This document shows positions 20,601 to 30,530 of a DNA stretch of 35,940 bases, piece by piece; position 1 is the first letter of the stretch, and every line of letters begins with the position of its first letter. The notes below the pieces were generated by a model. It worked only from the letters and a program-made list of their open reading frames with translations, was not told the DNA's origin and ran no database searches. Origin of the DNA: a virus (Duplodnaviria; Caudoviricetes); IMG/VR virus record IMGVR_UViG_3300025853_000286, positions 1 through 35,940 of that record; one strand, written 5' to 3'. The translations under genes and the position numbers were made by a program.

Positions 20601-23600
20601 TGCGATACGTTGATGCATTTGCTCTAAAAATAGAAGTTACAAACCCAACAGTTGATTCGATAGTCTTTGCTTCACTGAAAATTCTCATAAATCCATGATC
20701 AGTCACACCAAAACCAACACTCGATTCTGGTCCAAAATATTCTCTATATAATTTCAAATTGTAATTAGTGTTAAATGGATCTGTAGGTTTAAATATTAAT
20801 TCTGGACTTCCAATATTATTAATAGATCCTTCAAAATCTCCCAGTTTTTCTTCACCAGTAAAAATATTTCCTTTAGTTAAAGTATATGTGTTTTCAAAGT
20901 CATTGAGAACAACAACATTAGACAATTGATATTCTTTTTGGCTGTTAAAATCATTTATTTCATTAAAAGTTTGAATTAAAAACTGTGAATAATAATCTGT
21001 AACCTGATAACTTTCTGCTACAACTATTTCATCTTTATTAATTTCAGAACTTGAAAAACTATTACTGATATCATCTATTTGTAAGACTCTATTAGTTCTA
21101 CATTCAATAAAGTTTGATAACTTTTTATTTCTTAACTTAATTAAAGAAGTAGAATTAGATAAAGAATCATCATCAAATACTAAATCAAAGTTTCTTATAA
21201 TATCAACTCTAGATTCTTCATCTAAACTTAAAACTGTTGATAATGATGATGTACCAGCAATTCCTGTGGATGAGGATGAAGTAAATCCAACCTCACCAAA
21301 ATTTTTGGTTCCAATCGGGTGAGCTAATTTTGAAAGAGGTTCTATAAATTTATCATACTCCACATCACTCTTAATAGAATATGATAAAGTCTGATAGTAA
21401 TCATTATCTGGTAACGCTTGGGTATCAAAGTTTAACTTACCAGTATCTTTGTACCACCCTAAAGAAGCATTACTTAGTGAATTAAATTTAAATTTACCAC
21501 TATAATCAAATGAACCAACAACTAATGCTTTTGAATTTGATATACTTCCTTGTATAGAATTAAATTTCTCAATATTATTTGTAGATGATACTTTTAGTGA
21601 ATTTGGGAATACATTTTTAACGGTAATATTTTCAGATACCCCATTTACCTTTATTATTTCTCCTTGCTGGAAAGAACTAATAACTTGAATTGTTTCAAAA
21701 GTAGGATAATTTTTTTCATTTACACCAGTGGCATAAGAATTTAAAGTTTGTGGTATACCAGGATTTGTTGTATATTGTGAAATATCATATTTTAAAACTG
21801 CATTACCAGGATCATTAATAAAATCAGTTACATCAAAAAATACATATCCATGATCTGCGGAATTATATCCATCTCCAGGTATAGTTTCATTTCCAAATTC
21901 ATCTACAGATGTACCCCTTACAACACCCTCCACAAAAACTTTATCACCAGATACAAATGGTGATTCTTTAAATCCAAAAATGGGTGGAGTTCTAACCTTT
22001 GCATGTACAATTCCATTTTCTACTGTTGTTATTCCAGTGATTACTACGCCATTTGTATTATTTGTAGTAAATAATCTATGTGTAGATGATTTTAATCCAT
22101 TAGGTGGTGTAATAACTGATATTGATCCAATAGAGGAATTGTTCATACCAACTTCCAAAATTCCAGTATCTACTTCTTTTCTAGATAGTGTATCAACTAA
22201 AACTAAACTTGGTTTTGAAATATAATTTTTTCCACCAAATACGACATTAATGTCAGTTATTTCTTCATTGTCACTTAAAAGTAGAAGTGTATTAAAGTTT
22301 GAAGAAGGTCTTAACGTTGAATCTGATGCATAATCAAAACCATCATTTAGTATTTCAATAGATTTGAATTTTCCAATAGTATCAGTTTCAACACTAACAA
22401 TAGCATTTATTCCAGACACTCTTCCAGAATTTGCAGTACTAATTCCAGTAAATCTTGGCAATGAAGTATATCCCGATCCTCTGTTTAAAAGATTAATTTT
22501 TGATATTGGACCAGTTGTATTACGCGAACTTGTACTATAACTAATATCTGCTTGATTTTTTGTATAACTTAAAGATTCTGGTATTGATGACAGAGATATA
22601 TCAAATGTAGTTCCAGAAGAGTTAGAAACCACATATTGATCTTTATTATAAAAACTATCAACGAAAATTATATGATAATCATCTTCATTCTCATTTTCAA
22701 AAACAGGTTTTGTATCCTTTAATAAAGAATAGTATAAATCTGGAAGATTATTATCATACTTAACGTCGATTATTCCATCAGTTCCTGGTGTACCACTAAC
22801 ACGTACATTAAAAGTAGATGTACTTCCAGTTGATACATAAGGTTTTGTAAATTGCTTATCTGAGAAAATATTAAATTCATATCCACTGAGTGAAGAATTT
22901 GATAGATCAAATCTCAGGGTTCCATTCTTAACACCACGTATTTTTGGATTTACATTACTAATTTCTTGAGAATTGCTGCCACTATTTCCAATAGAAATTG
23001 GATTTGCAGGATTAGAAACAGAATCCTGATAGGTATCACAAAGTCTTATTTTATTACTATCATACTTATTAACAAAGTATATGCCAGTTCCTATTCCACC
23101 CGTTACAAAATTATCTGTTGTATATAAAATTTTGTCTCCATTTACATATTGGTGCGAATTTATTTCAATTGTATTTTCATCTAGGTTTACTGATAATGAT
23201 GAAAAACCAACTGGATTAGTAACTAATTTATTAAAATCTGGATTATATTTAAACACTAAAGATGATGAAGTTGTAATTCCACCACTAGTATTATTTGGTA
23301 TTACTTTTAAAGATAATAAATCATTATCTAATATATTATGATTTAAATTGGTTGTAATTGTTGTAGTTATTTTTGTGGAAGTTCCTGTTACACTTTCTTC
23401 TTCCAACTTCTCAAACTTATAATCATCAAAATCTGATCCATTTCCATTAAAGAACAATCCAGATGATGTGGTTGTTAATCCAACCTGTGTAACTATTCCA
23501 ATATAATCATCAGATTTTTTGATGATGAACAAGTCCTGAGTATTATCAGTAACTGGATTATATGGCAATGAGAATTGAGATCCATTAGATTCATTAGACA

Positions 23601-26600
23601 CTAATAAGGCAGATGCACCAGCTTCATCACTCAATTTGAAACGAACTTTATCATTAGTATTGAACGGATGATTTGGTAAATATATTGATAGAGTTTTCAA
23701 TTCTACTTCTTTGCTCACACCTCCATAAGTTAAGGTTGTAGAAGAATAAGAACCATCTTCAGTTCCAATCCCAATTGAATCATTGGGATTAAAATTATAT
23801 ACTGGAGAAAGACTGCTTTCAAAATAATTTGAATTTAAGTTAAATGTAAATTGTGAAGGTATAATTGAAATAATATCTGATACTGTATGTGCTAATCCTG
23901 CAGAATGTCTTTTACACCTTAAAACGTTTTCTTGATTATAAACATTTAAGATTGTAAAATTTTCACCTCCAGTACTTACACTACTACCAATACTAGTTGT
24001 TGTTGGAATCTTGTCAACTTGTAAATCTACTACATCTCCAACATCACCACTACTAATATTATTTGTGAGAATAACTTTTTCACTTTCAACAGAAATTTTG
24101 TGATTACCATTCAAAAAATCTACTGAAGATGTACTAATTCCTGTGATTTCTATTCTATCATTATCAACTAAATTGTGTGATGGTAAAATATAACCCTTTA
24201 TTGTACTACTATTTTCCCAAATGAAAATAACATTTTCATTTAAAATATATGATGTCTGAATATTCTCAATCTCTGCACTATTTTTTACTTCTACAATTTC
24301 TGCAGAAACACCACTTCCATCAGTATTAGTTTCGTTAAAAATTAGAGTATCGCCAACACTATAACCATCTCCAGCATTATCAATCACTAATCTATCAACA
24401 CTACCAGACTCTACAGATTTTATATCACATCTCTGCCTAGTTCCAAAATTTTTGGGTATATAATAATTAGAAGAATTTTCTCGATTTACTCTATATGGTG
24501 AAGTATTTCTCAGTAAATTTGCAGAATCTAAATCATCATTTTGATCTAATGTAAATGTATCAATTGGTGTAGATCTATATGTATTTCCAACAAAATATGG
24601 AAACTCTGGGACAATTTCAGTTTGTGCAGAAGTTGCAATATCTAACTTTGTACTTGCAAAATATGCATAAATTCCATTTGGAAATTCTGGAGTTTTGGTG
24701 AATCTACCATTATGTCTATCTAAATCACCACTATCGTTGAATTTATAATCCTCAACAAAAAATCCTGATGGTAAAATATCTGTAGAAGGTCTATTAAAAA
24801 TGTTTGAAGGATCTAAAACATATCCTGTTTCAAGTCTTTTTATTGGTGATGTAAATGATGTTGGATCTGTATGACCATTTGGTCCATAAATTGGATTTCC
24901 ATCTTTAGCCCAACCTATTATTCTTGAATGATTTGTATCTGGATTGGGATCATCAAATTCCAATCCCTCTCTAGAAGAAAAATAACCATTAATTCCATAG
25001 GTTAGAGCATTTTTTTCTTTATTCTCCAGATAAAAATCACCAGGATATCTATAGAAATCATTAACTGTTAAAGATCTTATGGTTGGTATAATAACAGCAC
25101 CTTGACCAGGTGTAGATATGGTAATAGAAGTTGAATCATCATACCCAGTACCACTGTTTATAACAATAACACTGTCTATTTGTCCATTAACAACAACAGC
25201 TCTTAAAACACATCCTATACCTTTACCAACAACCTCCAAATCTACTGAAGAACTGTAATTTTCACCTTTATTTTGAACTTGAACTGATAAAACTTTATTA
25301 CCAACTACCAATGGTTTTAATTGTGCACCACTTCCAGTTTTAATTGATACCGTTGGTTTGATGTTTAAATTTAAAGCAGTTGATCCATATTCGGTTCCTT
25401 TTTCATAAAGATATGCATCAATAACCTTTCCTCTAACTTTTGGAGTTAAAGTTATTGATGAAACTATTCCAGTATACTCTGCAACAACTTCAACTGAGAT
25501 TGGTGGATACGAAAAAGTCTGATATCCTTGTCCAGATGAAGATATAGTTATATTTTTTCTCTTCTTATAATTTTGTTTTGATAATTCGCTTTCATCATCA
25601 TTTTTTTGTCCACCATCTGCAAGTTGGAAAGAATTATCATTTAGTTTTAATACATAATATTTTTTGGAAGTATCTAATCCTACTATACCAGTATCATTAT
25701 ATGAATAATTTAACAAATCACCGTCAGTAAATCCATGATTTTCAAATACAAAAGTATCACCAGCAGTATGAATTCCTGATGGTGATATATTTAATACTCT
25801 ATTGGTATAATTTTCACCTGGATTTACAACTCTAACATATGAGAGTACATTGATTGGTTCAAATACTCTAAATTTGTGAGTTCCATAGTTATTAATTGTC
25901 GTTAAACCAACAGTATTAATACCACTATTTAAATCTGAAATTGTATTATAGAGTCTAATGCTATTTGAATTAATAACTTCTGGATAGTAAATTCCACCAT
26001 TGACTAATGTTCCCCCACTATCTAAATTGGATCCATTAAAAGGTCCAATACCAATACCCAAATTTTCATTAGTATTGTAAACTATTTTTTCTCCACTAGT
26101 TAATCCATGGCTACTATTAAAGATAAAACTATCATTATTAGGATCAACTGATCCACCAAATTCAATATCTGCAGCATTGAAAATTATTGTTCTATATTGT
26201 TTTTTGGTAATAGGTTCAAAGACAGCATTTTTACCATTTCCACCTTTAGCATAAATTGTAATTATTCTAGATACACCAAACTGTTGTGGATCAACAAAAA
26301 CATCTTCAAAAGATCCACTAACAACTAAATTCATTTTTGCTGTAGTTCCAACTCCAACGTTATAGTTTGGGGAACTTAATTCAGCATCTGGTGGATTAAT
26401 AACATCATATCCAAATCCTTGATTTGATACATTTAATGAATCTAATGGACCAAAAAATACTTTGTCATCAGATTTGTAATTAATGATATCAACACCATTT
26501 GCTAAAACCCCAATTACACCACTTTCTGTTTTATATTCTTTTTCAGATAAACTAAATGATCTTTCTAGTGGAATTTTTTTCAGTGAGTTTGATGGTTCAA

Positions 26601-28644
26601 TAATTTGACTAGCATGTTGCTCTAAAACAAAGGTGTGTGTTCCAAGTTCAGTATTTTTATCAAACTTTAAAAAATCTGAGACTGGTAAAAATGAAAGTGC
26701 TGAATAAAGTCTTATTTTGTTTTTTGGTTCTAAAACTTCAACGTAAAATAACTCAAAATTTGGTAGTTCTGATATAGAATTTTCTGTAGTATGAAAATAT
26801 TTTACAGCATCTCCAGTTAAAAATGGAACCTCATTTTCAAATGATAAAATTGTATATTTTTGTGCACTAAATCCATCAAAAAACTGATCTGCATCTAAAG
26901 ATGATGTGATTGTCTTACTAACTTTTTTAACATCTAATGTTATATCTCTAGATGGTAAAGAATTTGATGCAATATATAAATCATCTTCATAACTATATGC
27001 ATTTTGAACATCAGATAAGACATTTTCATGTTTTATCTGAACTTTTGTACTATTCGCAAAGTTTAAATTTCTTCTTATTGCAATATTTTGTTGTGGTAAA
27101 ATACCAGTAATCGGAGTATCTATAGTTACAGTTCTTCCAATTATAGAATTTACCTGCACATCGTTTAAAATTACAGTTTCGGTGTCTTTTAAAAGAATGT
27201 CAACAATTTCATTCTCATTTAAACTATTTTTATCAGGTTCTTCATAAAGAACTAATTCAGCACTTCCAATATTAAAGTTTAAAATATCATAACTTGTTTT
27301 TACATTATATTTTAATGCTCCAAAAGAATATTCTTTTATAGTTTTATCTACTATATCATTTCTAATATCATCACCAAGCTCACCAAGTTCAACAATATCG
27401 GTATCAGACAATAAAGTAAAATCATCTATACCATCAATTGTAACAAGAGAACCTATAACAATAAAGTCAATTCGTTTTGAAGAGTCACCATCTTCAAAAC
27501 CATATACAGTAGAATCTTTTTGATAAACGTTCTTATTTGAAGAAATATTATCTACTACACTAGTACAATTATAAAATTGATTGACACTCTTATCTGTATA
27601 TGTTACTTCATTACCCTCAACTACAATTGTTCCAGATTTTGGAAATCCTATTGTTGAGTCTACAGTTATAGTAGTATCACCAACATTAATAGGTTCTAAT
27701 GATTTTGTCTTTGGTGTAATTCTAAAATTACCATCAATTAAATCATCATCACCATAACCATAAAATAAATGGATTTTATAGACTGTTTTATTATTTTTTG
27801 TTGAAATATCTACTTTTGATACTGGTCCAGAAAAAGTTCCATCAAAACTTTTTATTTGTTGTCCAACCAATTTAAATGGATTACCACCAGTAGTTAATAA
27901 ATCACAAACAACTATCTTTCTGCGAAGATATTCGGCATCTGATGGTTTTATTAAATAATCTTCTGGATTTATGATTTTTGGATTGATATCATATAATATT
28001 TTGAACAATATTTTGATAGATTCTTCAGTTCCCTTTGTCTGATAGAACGATTTTACTTTAGATATAAAAGTATTCGTATTTAACTCACTTGTAAAATCAA
28101 ATTCTTCAAATCCAGGAGCATAAATTTGTTTTAACTTCTTAAAAAAGTTTTCTAAAAATAGTAAGTTTAAGTTTTTAACTGATGATCCTGCAGTGTGTGC
28201 TGCTGAACTTGTTGAAGAGAATACTAATTCTTCTGGATCATCGACAGACTCTAAACTAGTTATTCCTGAAAATCCACGTACACATCCAGTCAGACTATTC
28301 CCACTAATACCAGTATATGTAATTACTTCATCATCAATTTGCAATAAACCATAAGATTTTGGAAAACCTCTGGTTGTTGATAATGTGATAGTATCATCAG
28401 AAGATGTTATATCTGATGATATTGTAATATTATTATTGTATAACTTTTCGTTTAAGTAGTGAAAACTTAAATATTGATCTAAGTTTTCAACAATATCTAC
28501 TGGACCACCTTCAAATTCTTGTGAAATGTAATATTGCTTCAAAAACTCAGAAAATTTTGGATTTTGATCCAAAATAAATTCTGGTATTTGATTACTGACA
28601 ATTTCGTTTATTTTAACTCTACTCTCAAAATTTGTCGATATCAT
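14644..28644 (-). CDS. gp7: Giant baseplate wedge initiator (T4 gp7-like), multidomain
   Basis: 4666 aa between gp6 and gp8. N-terminal NQIPEFI...FLKQYY, KSFYQTKGTEESIKILFKILY and the conserved DNDYYQTLSYSIKS...LAHPIG, plus many repeats and YHYH-like motifs. Confidence 0.85.
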   Translation of the reverse strand: MISTNFESRVKINEIVSNQIPEFILDQNPKFSEFLKQYYISQEFEGGPVDIVENLDQYLSFHYLNEKLYNNNITISSDITSSDDTITLSTTRGFPKSYGLLQIDDEVITYTGISGNSLTGCVRGFSGITSLESVDDPEELVFSSTSSAAHTAGSSVKNLNLLFLENFFKKLKQIYAPGFEEFDFTSELNTNTFISKVKSFYQTKGTEESIKILFKILYDINPKIINPEDYLIKPSDAEYLRRKIVVCDLLTTGGNPFKLVGQQIKSFDGTFSGPVSKVDISTKNNKTVYKIHLFYGYGDDDLIDGNFRITPKTKSLEPINVGDTTITVDSTIGFPKSGTIVVEGNEVTYTDKSVNQFYNCTSVVDNISSNKNVYQKDSTVYGFEDGDSSKRIDFIVIGSLVTIDGIDDFTLLSDTDIVELGELGDDIRNDIVDKTIKEYSFGALKYNVKTSYDILNFNIGSAELVLYEEPDKNSLNENEIVDILLKDTETVILNDVQVNSIIGRTVTIDTPITGILPQQNIAIRRNLNFANSTKVQIKHENVLSDVQNAYSYEDDLYIASNSLPSRDITLDVKKVSKTITSSLDADQFFDGFSAQKYTILSFENEVPFLTGDAVKYFHTTENSISELPNFELFYVEVLEPKNKIRLYSALSFLPVSDFLKFDKNTELGTHTFVLEQHASQIIEPSNSLKKIPLERSFSLSEKEYKTESGVIGVLANGVDIINYKSDDKVFFGPLDSLNVSNQGFGYDVINPPDAELSSPNYNVGVGTTAKMNLVVSGSFEDVFVDPQQFGVSRIITIYAKGGNGKNAVFEPITKKQYRTIIFNAADIEFGGSVDPNNDSFIFNSSHGLTSGEKIVYNTNENLGIGIGPFNGSNLDSGGTLVNGGIYYPEVINSNSIRLYNTISDLNSGINTVGLTTINNYGTHKFRVFEPINVLSYVRVVNPGENYTNRVLNISPSGIHTAGDTFVFENHGFTDGDLLNYSYNDTGIVGLDTSKKYYVLKLNDNSFQLADGGQKNDDESELSKQNYKKRKNITISSSGQGYQTFSYPPISVEVVAEYTGIVSSITLTPKVRGKVIDAYLYEKGTEYGSTALNLNIKPTVSIKTGSGAQLKPLVVGNKVLSVQVQNKGENYSSSVDLEVVGKGIGCVLRAVVVNGQIDSVIVINSGTGYDDSTSITISTPGQGAVIIPTIRSLTVNDFYRYPGDFYLENKEKNALTYGINGYFSSREGLEFDDPNPDTNHSRIIGWAKDGNPIYGPNGHTDPTSFTSPIKRLETGYVLDPSNIFNRPSTDILPSGFFVEDYKFNDSGDLDRHNGRFTKTPEFPNGIYAYFASTKLDIATSAQTEIVPEFPYFVGNTYRSTPIDTFTLDQNDDLDSANLLRNTSPYRVNRENSSNYYIPKNFGTRQRCDIKSVESGSVDRLVIDNAGDGYSVGDTLIFNETNTDGSGVSAEIVEVKNSAEIENIQTSYILNENVIFIWENSSTIKGYILPSHNLVDNDRIEITGISTSSVDFLNGNHKISVESEKVILTNNISSGDVGDVVDLQVDKIPTTTSIGSSVSTGGENFTILNVYNQENVLRCKRHSAGLAHTVSDIISIIPSQFTFNLNSNYFESSLSPVYNFNPNDSIGIGTEDGSYSSTTLTYGGVSKEVELKTLSIYLPNHPFNTNDKVRFKLSDEAGASALLVSNESNGSQFSLPYNPVTDNTQDLFIIKKSDDYIGIVTQVGLTTTSSGLFFNGNGSDFDDYKFEKLEEESVTGTSTKITTTITTNLNHNILDNDLLSLKVIPNNTSGGITTSSSLVFKYNPDFNKLVTNPVGFSSLSVNLDENTIEINSHQYVNGDKILYTTDNFVTGGIGTGIYFVNKYDSNKIRLCDTYQDSVSNPANPISIGNSGSNSQEISNVNPKIRGVKNGTLRFDLSNSSLSGYEFNIFSDKQFTKPYVSTGSTSTFNVRVSGTPGTDGIIDVKYDNNLPDLYYSLLKDTKPVFENENEDDYHIIFVDSFYNKDQYVVSNSSGTTFDISLSSIPESLSYTKNQADISYSTSSRNTTGPISKINLLNRGSGYTSLPRFTGISTANSGRVSGINAIVSVETDTIGKFKSIEILNDGFDYASDSTLRPSSNFNTLLLLSDNEEITDINVVFGGKNYISKPSLVLVDTLSRKEVDTGILEVGMNNSSIGSISVITPPNGLKSSTHRLFTTNNTNGVVITGITTVENGIVHAKVRTPPIFGFKESPFVSGDKVFVEGVVRGTSVDEFGNETIPGDGYNSADHGYVFFDVTDFINDPGNAVLKYDISQYTTNPGIPQTLNSYATGVNEKNYPTFETIQVISSFQQGEIIKVNGVSENITVKNVFPNSLKVSSTNNIEKFNSIQGSISNSKALVVGSFDYSGKFKFNSLSNASLGWYKDTGKLNFDTQALPDNDYYQTLSYSIKSDVEYDKFIEPLSKLAHPIGTKNFGEVGFTSSSSTGIAGTSSLSTVLSLDEESRVDIIRNFDLVFDDDSLSNSTSLIKLRNKKLSNFIECRTNRVLQIDDISNSFSSSEINKDEIVVAESYQVTDYYSQFLIQTFNEINDFNSQKEYQLSNVVVLNDFENTYTLTKGNIFTGEEKLGDFEGSINNIGSPELIFKPTDPFNTNYNLKLYREYFGPESSVGFGVTDHGFMRIFSEAKTIESTVGFVTSIFRANASTYRTIRSSNLIINTDDYSFNYYEVFGIYDGVNTPQVSEYYFDSKAQLSGLSSGFLGTFDLEVDSGNIFLNFTNTSGNNITIKSKTVAIGDVSLGIGTYRFLSDDQIPETEKSSRIESKFDTITGNTIIKTLDSSVDSALKSLIRISTTANSGIGETISLYEVSLIGDQTNTSLVASPFVATGSNGIGTFGALNSGTDINLYFYPDPDFINESLLIQSVDQILYAENDEFNVPNTLEVGASKHDVSVAKYGSINVFGKDRLNFDMNWNRTPIFAKTINPKKSGILQNETGIINIQRHFFEDGEELIYTPGSTLTGVAATAISIGSTIVGGAIFTADIISGFSTVTGIGNTEGIISGSDTSLLGLNIPSGTSITSIGKTYSYFVGTSDGVNNHILGIANTSILTTGSEVFTLDNISRGTINTIGINSLSITSSNTLPSGTDVVYYSDDLSNSVEISKVSTGTTFRESYQVGIETNICPSKVFAIKINEDQFKITGMKNSGIGFTFTGTGSGNTHVFEMKKKNEKTVLTINGVLQAPLAFTPIQKTIDQNVSIGASFIALSGISSISPEDILKINDEYVTINSVGIGSTTDGPISGTGSFNLCNIERGRMGSVAAEHAVNDSVRVYKGSYNVVGNEIFFSEAPDGKGNNAEFGETLLPLPKSTFNGRVYLKQDYSSNKIYDDISPGFNGIEQVFTLYQNGEVVSDAVPGNNILTINNIFQNPDNDSSTSENYEILTNDGISSVRFKGVEIEGSEYSFTTEYDINQNDLPRGGIIVSMGFTGGTGYAPLVGLPGDMIDVTVDAGVITNVGFTTSIIVGLAVTGVIAANTTSITGIDTTSMKIGQKIMNILNEYVDEIDFVPQHVNLKVPNEDSILQFDTLIQSIGTNSITLSKATTNTSSLTTSFGVDFGEEFKGSGYNSDQIVAIYEDNHTGTPAVVKAIVSTASSSLTPTNVTYDPATGDSQFTFGGAHNLSNGDEIRIMDQSIVFTCAMDNYKTEHVNPQSHHYSSGRRLPVTVDGPEQFTVNVGASGPNQQFTPTNAVYNPATGDLILTIGSHTLSPGEGITIDDNSLTFTCTMDNNQSEKTYPRPGIDPYAGRSIPIKSVTSNSITIYAGISRENVYFTPSAATYDSSSQNLTLTIGSHGLGEQRNVVLSDNALAFQKANNDIINYPDPNNGSQSGQSITIVDVPYTSHTPTDAPYNASTGIVTFEVNGHGLESGNYIMVEDGSLTYTCDLDDNTVQKSYPRAGYDYPSNRWLIVTVVDANHFTVDIGPSSDTSDHTFVSASTNALRFQGNTIVINASDLPSETLTLTGTPLTDSVKHEPQSLHTFVPGVENTNAVKHLPQSTHSFVRATEGAILLGCSGGQIESFEVISGGSGYTNPQAALTDPSYDNLKHIGIFRPSVGGFQEQLGIGLSVTVDVSPSLSVGIGSTYSFIDDYKITTNGYSFERGDKFTLAGLTTARGLLTPLEELVFTVTDVKFDTFASWQVGEFDIIDSIASLQNSVRTRFPVSKNNVLLSFERSQTDNAADIIDFSTILLIFVNGVMQEPGVSYTYEGGTTFVFKAAPKKEDKIDIFFYRGTAGVDSVEQIVYPYLKPGDGVQIQQNPSVRSTRSQDPRVMSFIVSSDTFETGIYFGQGINQVTPKPIDLLPQKTDSVVGQIVRTKDRDSLESKIIPVGNIIKSVSASDNQIFLDEAQFFNYEENDFGQDIAQFNSIIVSNKEIVSAAMTAVVSSDGEITNILVSDGGSGYVGVANSVKLKFRNPPHGGTLPEVYGTVSAAGTITSPFDITNAGAGYTSTNIPEVIAPTENILTENIQNISLVQGFSGIITGITTTNGVNGHGMAIKFFVEYDQNISFTDLSTLYPIYVSETSVGSGVTSVDQNGTLNVSTGTTYCDNIYEIHNIVDLSLRAELVSNIHEDTIDPAGISTFGDVVGKFSWGRLSGITRSQTSPISIDLSDYNVSPGLSSFPSIHRRSTGLRNTGAIEKIFVS
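16538..17787 (-). repeat. Four related ~90-100-aa domains within gp7
   Basis: Units of TP(T/S)xxxY..(TG)...H.L...I...D.SL.(F/Y)TC..D...YP occur four times (the third is degenerate), followed by H(T/S)FV segments. Confidence 0.8.
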
Positions 28645-28645
28645 A

Positions 28646-30526
28646 TTACCTCGTTATTTTACCGTTTGAATAACTTGAAGATATTGGAAAATCAACTCCA
28701 GACACTTGTTCACCAGAAACAATACTATCTCTTAGCATATTTATGCTATTTGCAGGAGTGTTAATATCAAAAATAACATAAAGATCTTTCAATCCTATAA
28801 CATCATTAGACTCTGGATATGCTTGAATTTCAACAACTCCATTTGCACGTTGAGTTGATGTTATTTTTAAAGTATTAATCAGTATTTCACCTTTTTTATA
28901 ATCAACCGTCCCCACAGACTTTTTAACAATTTCATATGTATCCAATTGCTCTAATGGTTTTACGATTGCCAATTGACCTATATCCGATGAACCAGCAACA
29001 TCAATAAAGAAACATGTACTAGTTTCACCTTCAATAGTAAATCCTGTACTCTTTATATTGTACTTACCAATTTCTTTATGAAATTCATTACCAAAACACA
29101 GTTCATATTGTGCAAAATTATTCAGTGCACAATTCAAATTTCTTCTCATTTTAACTTTAGTTATATTTGAAGTAATTGCATTATCAACATTATCAATCAA
29201 TTGAACTGCTTTACTATATCTAAATCTTCCAGAAGAACTAGCAGATTGTATAGACTTTCCATACTTGTCAAGAGATGTTATAATTTTTTCTTTTATGGAA
29301 TTTGGATTTGAAACTCTATTTGGATTATAGTAAACTGAAGTATCAATCTCAACGTAAAGAACTTTCAAATCTGTAATGTGGTGGTTAATTCCTATAACAC
29401 CATATTTTTTTATTTTTTTAAGTATATCTTGTTTAGTAAAGTCTGATAGTCTATAAGAATCTTTTGGTTTTATACTTATAAAGACATTACCAAATTGTGG
29501 TGGAGATAAAACTTCACCACCAATAACAGTAACTGCTTCCGTATTTGGATAAACATACTTAATTATAGATTCATAATCTACAGATGTTACTGCTCTATAT
29601 TGAGAAGAATATAATCTTGGAGCAAAATATTTAATTGAATCTAAACTCTCAATTTCTTCACCACCAGAGGCATTTGCACCAGTTGTAACTGAAATTGGTG
29701 TGAATGGTGTTATTAACTGATCCAAATTATTTGCTAAAACACCAGCAAATGTAAATAGCGATGCACCATTACCATTAATACCGTCAGTTACAATATAACT
29801 TATTTCTACAGTACTACCATTATCTAATTTTTTACCTAAAATACCATCACCAAATATTACTTCATATCTACTATTCTCAATTTCTTGTATTAAAAATATT
29901 CTAGAATCTTTATCAATTTCAACAATATTATCTACTACATTGTATGTAACATTATCAACTTTAACTCTTATTGTACTAGTATCAATATTAGGGTTATCTA
30001 AGATAAATTTTTGTGTTTCTTGTACAATATTAGGAAAGGACCTTTTAACTACGGTTCCTTGAAATATATCAATATCTGTAAAAGATGCTATTGATTCACC
30101 CTGAGGTACTGTTGCAACTAGATTATCTGGAATTGAAAAAGTATATGAGGTATTTTCTGCTGCCCCTACACATACTAGTCCAGATTTTAAAACAACTTGA
30201 GTTGGTGCTGTTACATTAGATTCAAAATCAACATCAAATGATATTGTTGCTTTTGCTGCTGTTTTTGATCTTGGAACGTAACCAACATTTCTTGCTAATG
30301 AAACAACATTTTCTCTAACTGTTGCTGAATCTAAAAAAGATTCATTAGCAATCATATTAGCATTAAATGCTGTGATGTATGTATTATATGCTAATACATC
30401 AACTAGTATGGATAGATTAGATCCTTCAAAATCAAAATCTGTAAAATTAGAATTTGATCTTAAGTAATCTTTTAGTGAGACCTTTATTTGGTCGAAATCT
30501 AGATTTGCAAACTTTGTAAAAGGCAT
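28646..30526 (-). CDS. gp6: Baseplate wedge subunit (T4 gp6-like)
   Basis: Motifs LDFDQIK...FTDFDFEGSNLSILVDVLAYNT, ESFLDSATVRENVVSLARNVGYVP, FGDGILGK and QYRAVTSVDY. Confidence 0.95.
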   Translation of the reverse strand: MPFTKFANLDFDQIKVSLKDYLRSNSNFTDFDFEGSNLSILVDVLAYNTYITAFNANMIANESFLDSATVRENVVSLARNVGYVPRSKTAAKATISFDVDFESNVTAPTQVVLKSGLVCVGAAENTSYTFSIPDNLVATVPQGESIASFTDIDIFQGTVVKRSFPNIVQETQKFILDNPNIDTSTIRVKVDNVTYNVVDNIVEIDKDSRIFLIQEIENSRYEVIFGDGILGKKLDNGSTVEISYIVTDGINGNGASLFTFAGVLANNLDQLITPFTPISVTTGANASGGEEIESLDSIKYFAPRLYSSQYRAVTSVDYESIIKYVYPNTEAVTVIGGEVLSPPQFGNVFISIKPKDSYRLSDFTKQDILKKIKKYGVIGINHHITDLKVLYVEIDTSVYYNPNRVSNPNSIKEKIITSLDKYGKSIQSASSSGRFRYSKAVQLIDNVDNAITSNITKVKMRRNLNCALNNFAQYELCFGNEFHKEIGKYNIKSTGFTIEGETSTCFFIDVAGSSDIGQLAIVKPLEQLDTYEIVKKSVGTVDYKKGEILINTLKITSTQRANGVVEIQAYPESNDVIGLKDLYVIFDINTPANSINMLRDSIVSGEQVSGVDFPISSSYSNGKITR

Positions 30527-30530
30527 TTTT

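Noticed and set aside
5919-28644. Inteins, introns or a diversity-generating retroelement in the giant genes
   Set aside because: I saw no intein splice motifs, homing endonuclease motifs, frame breaks, reverse transcriptase or adenine-variant repeat pair. The length is explained by structural repeats.
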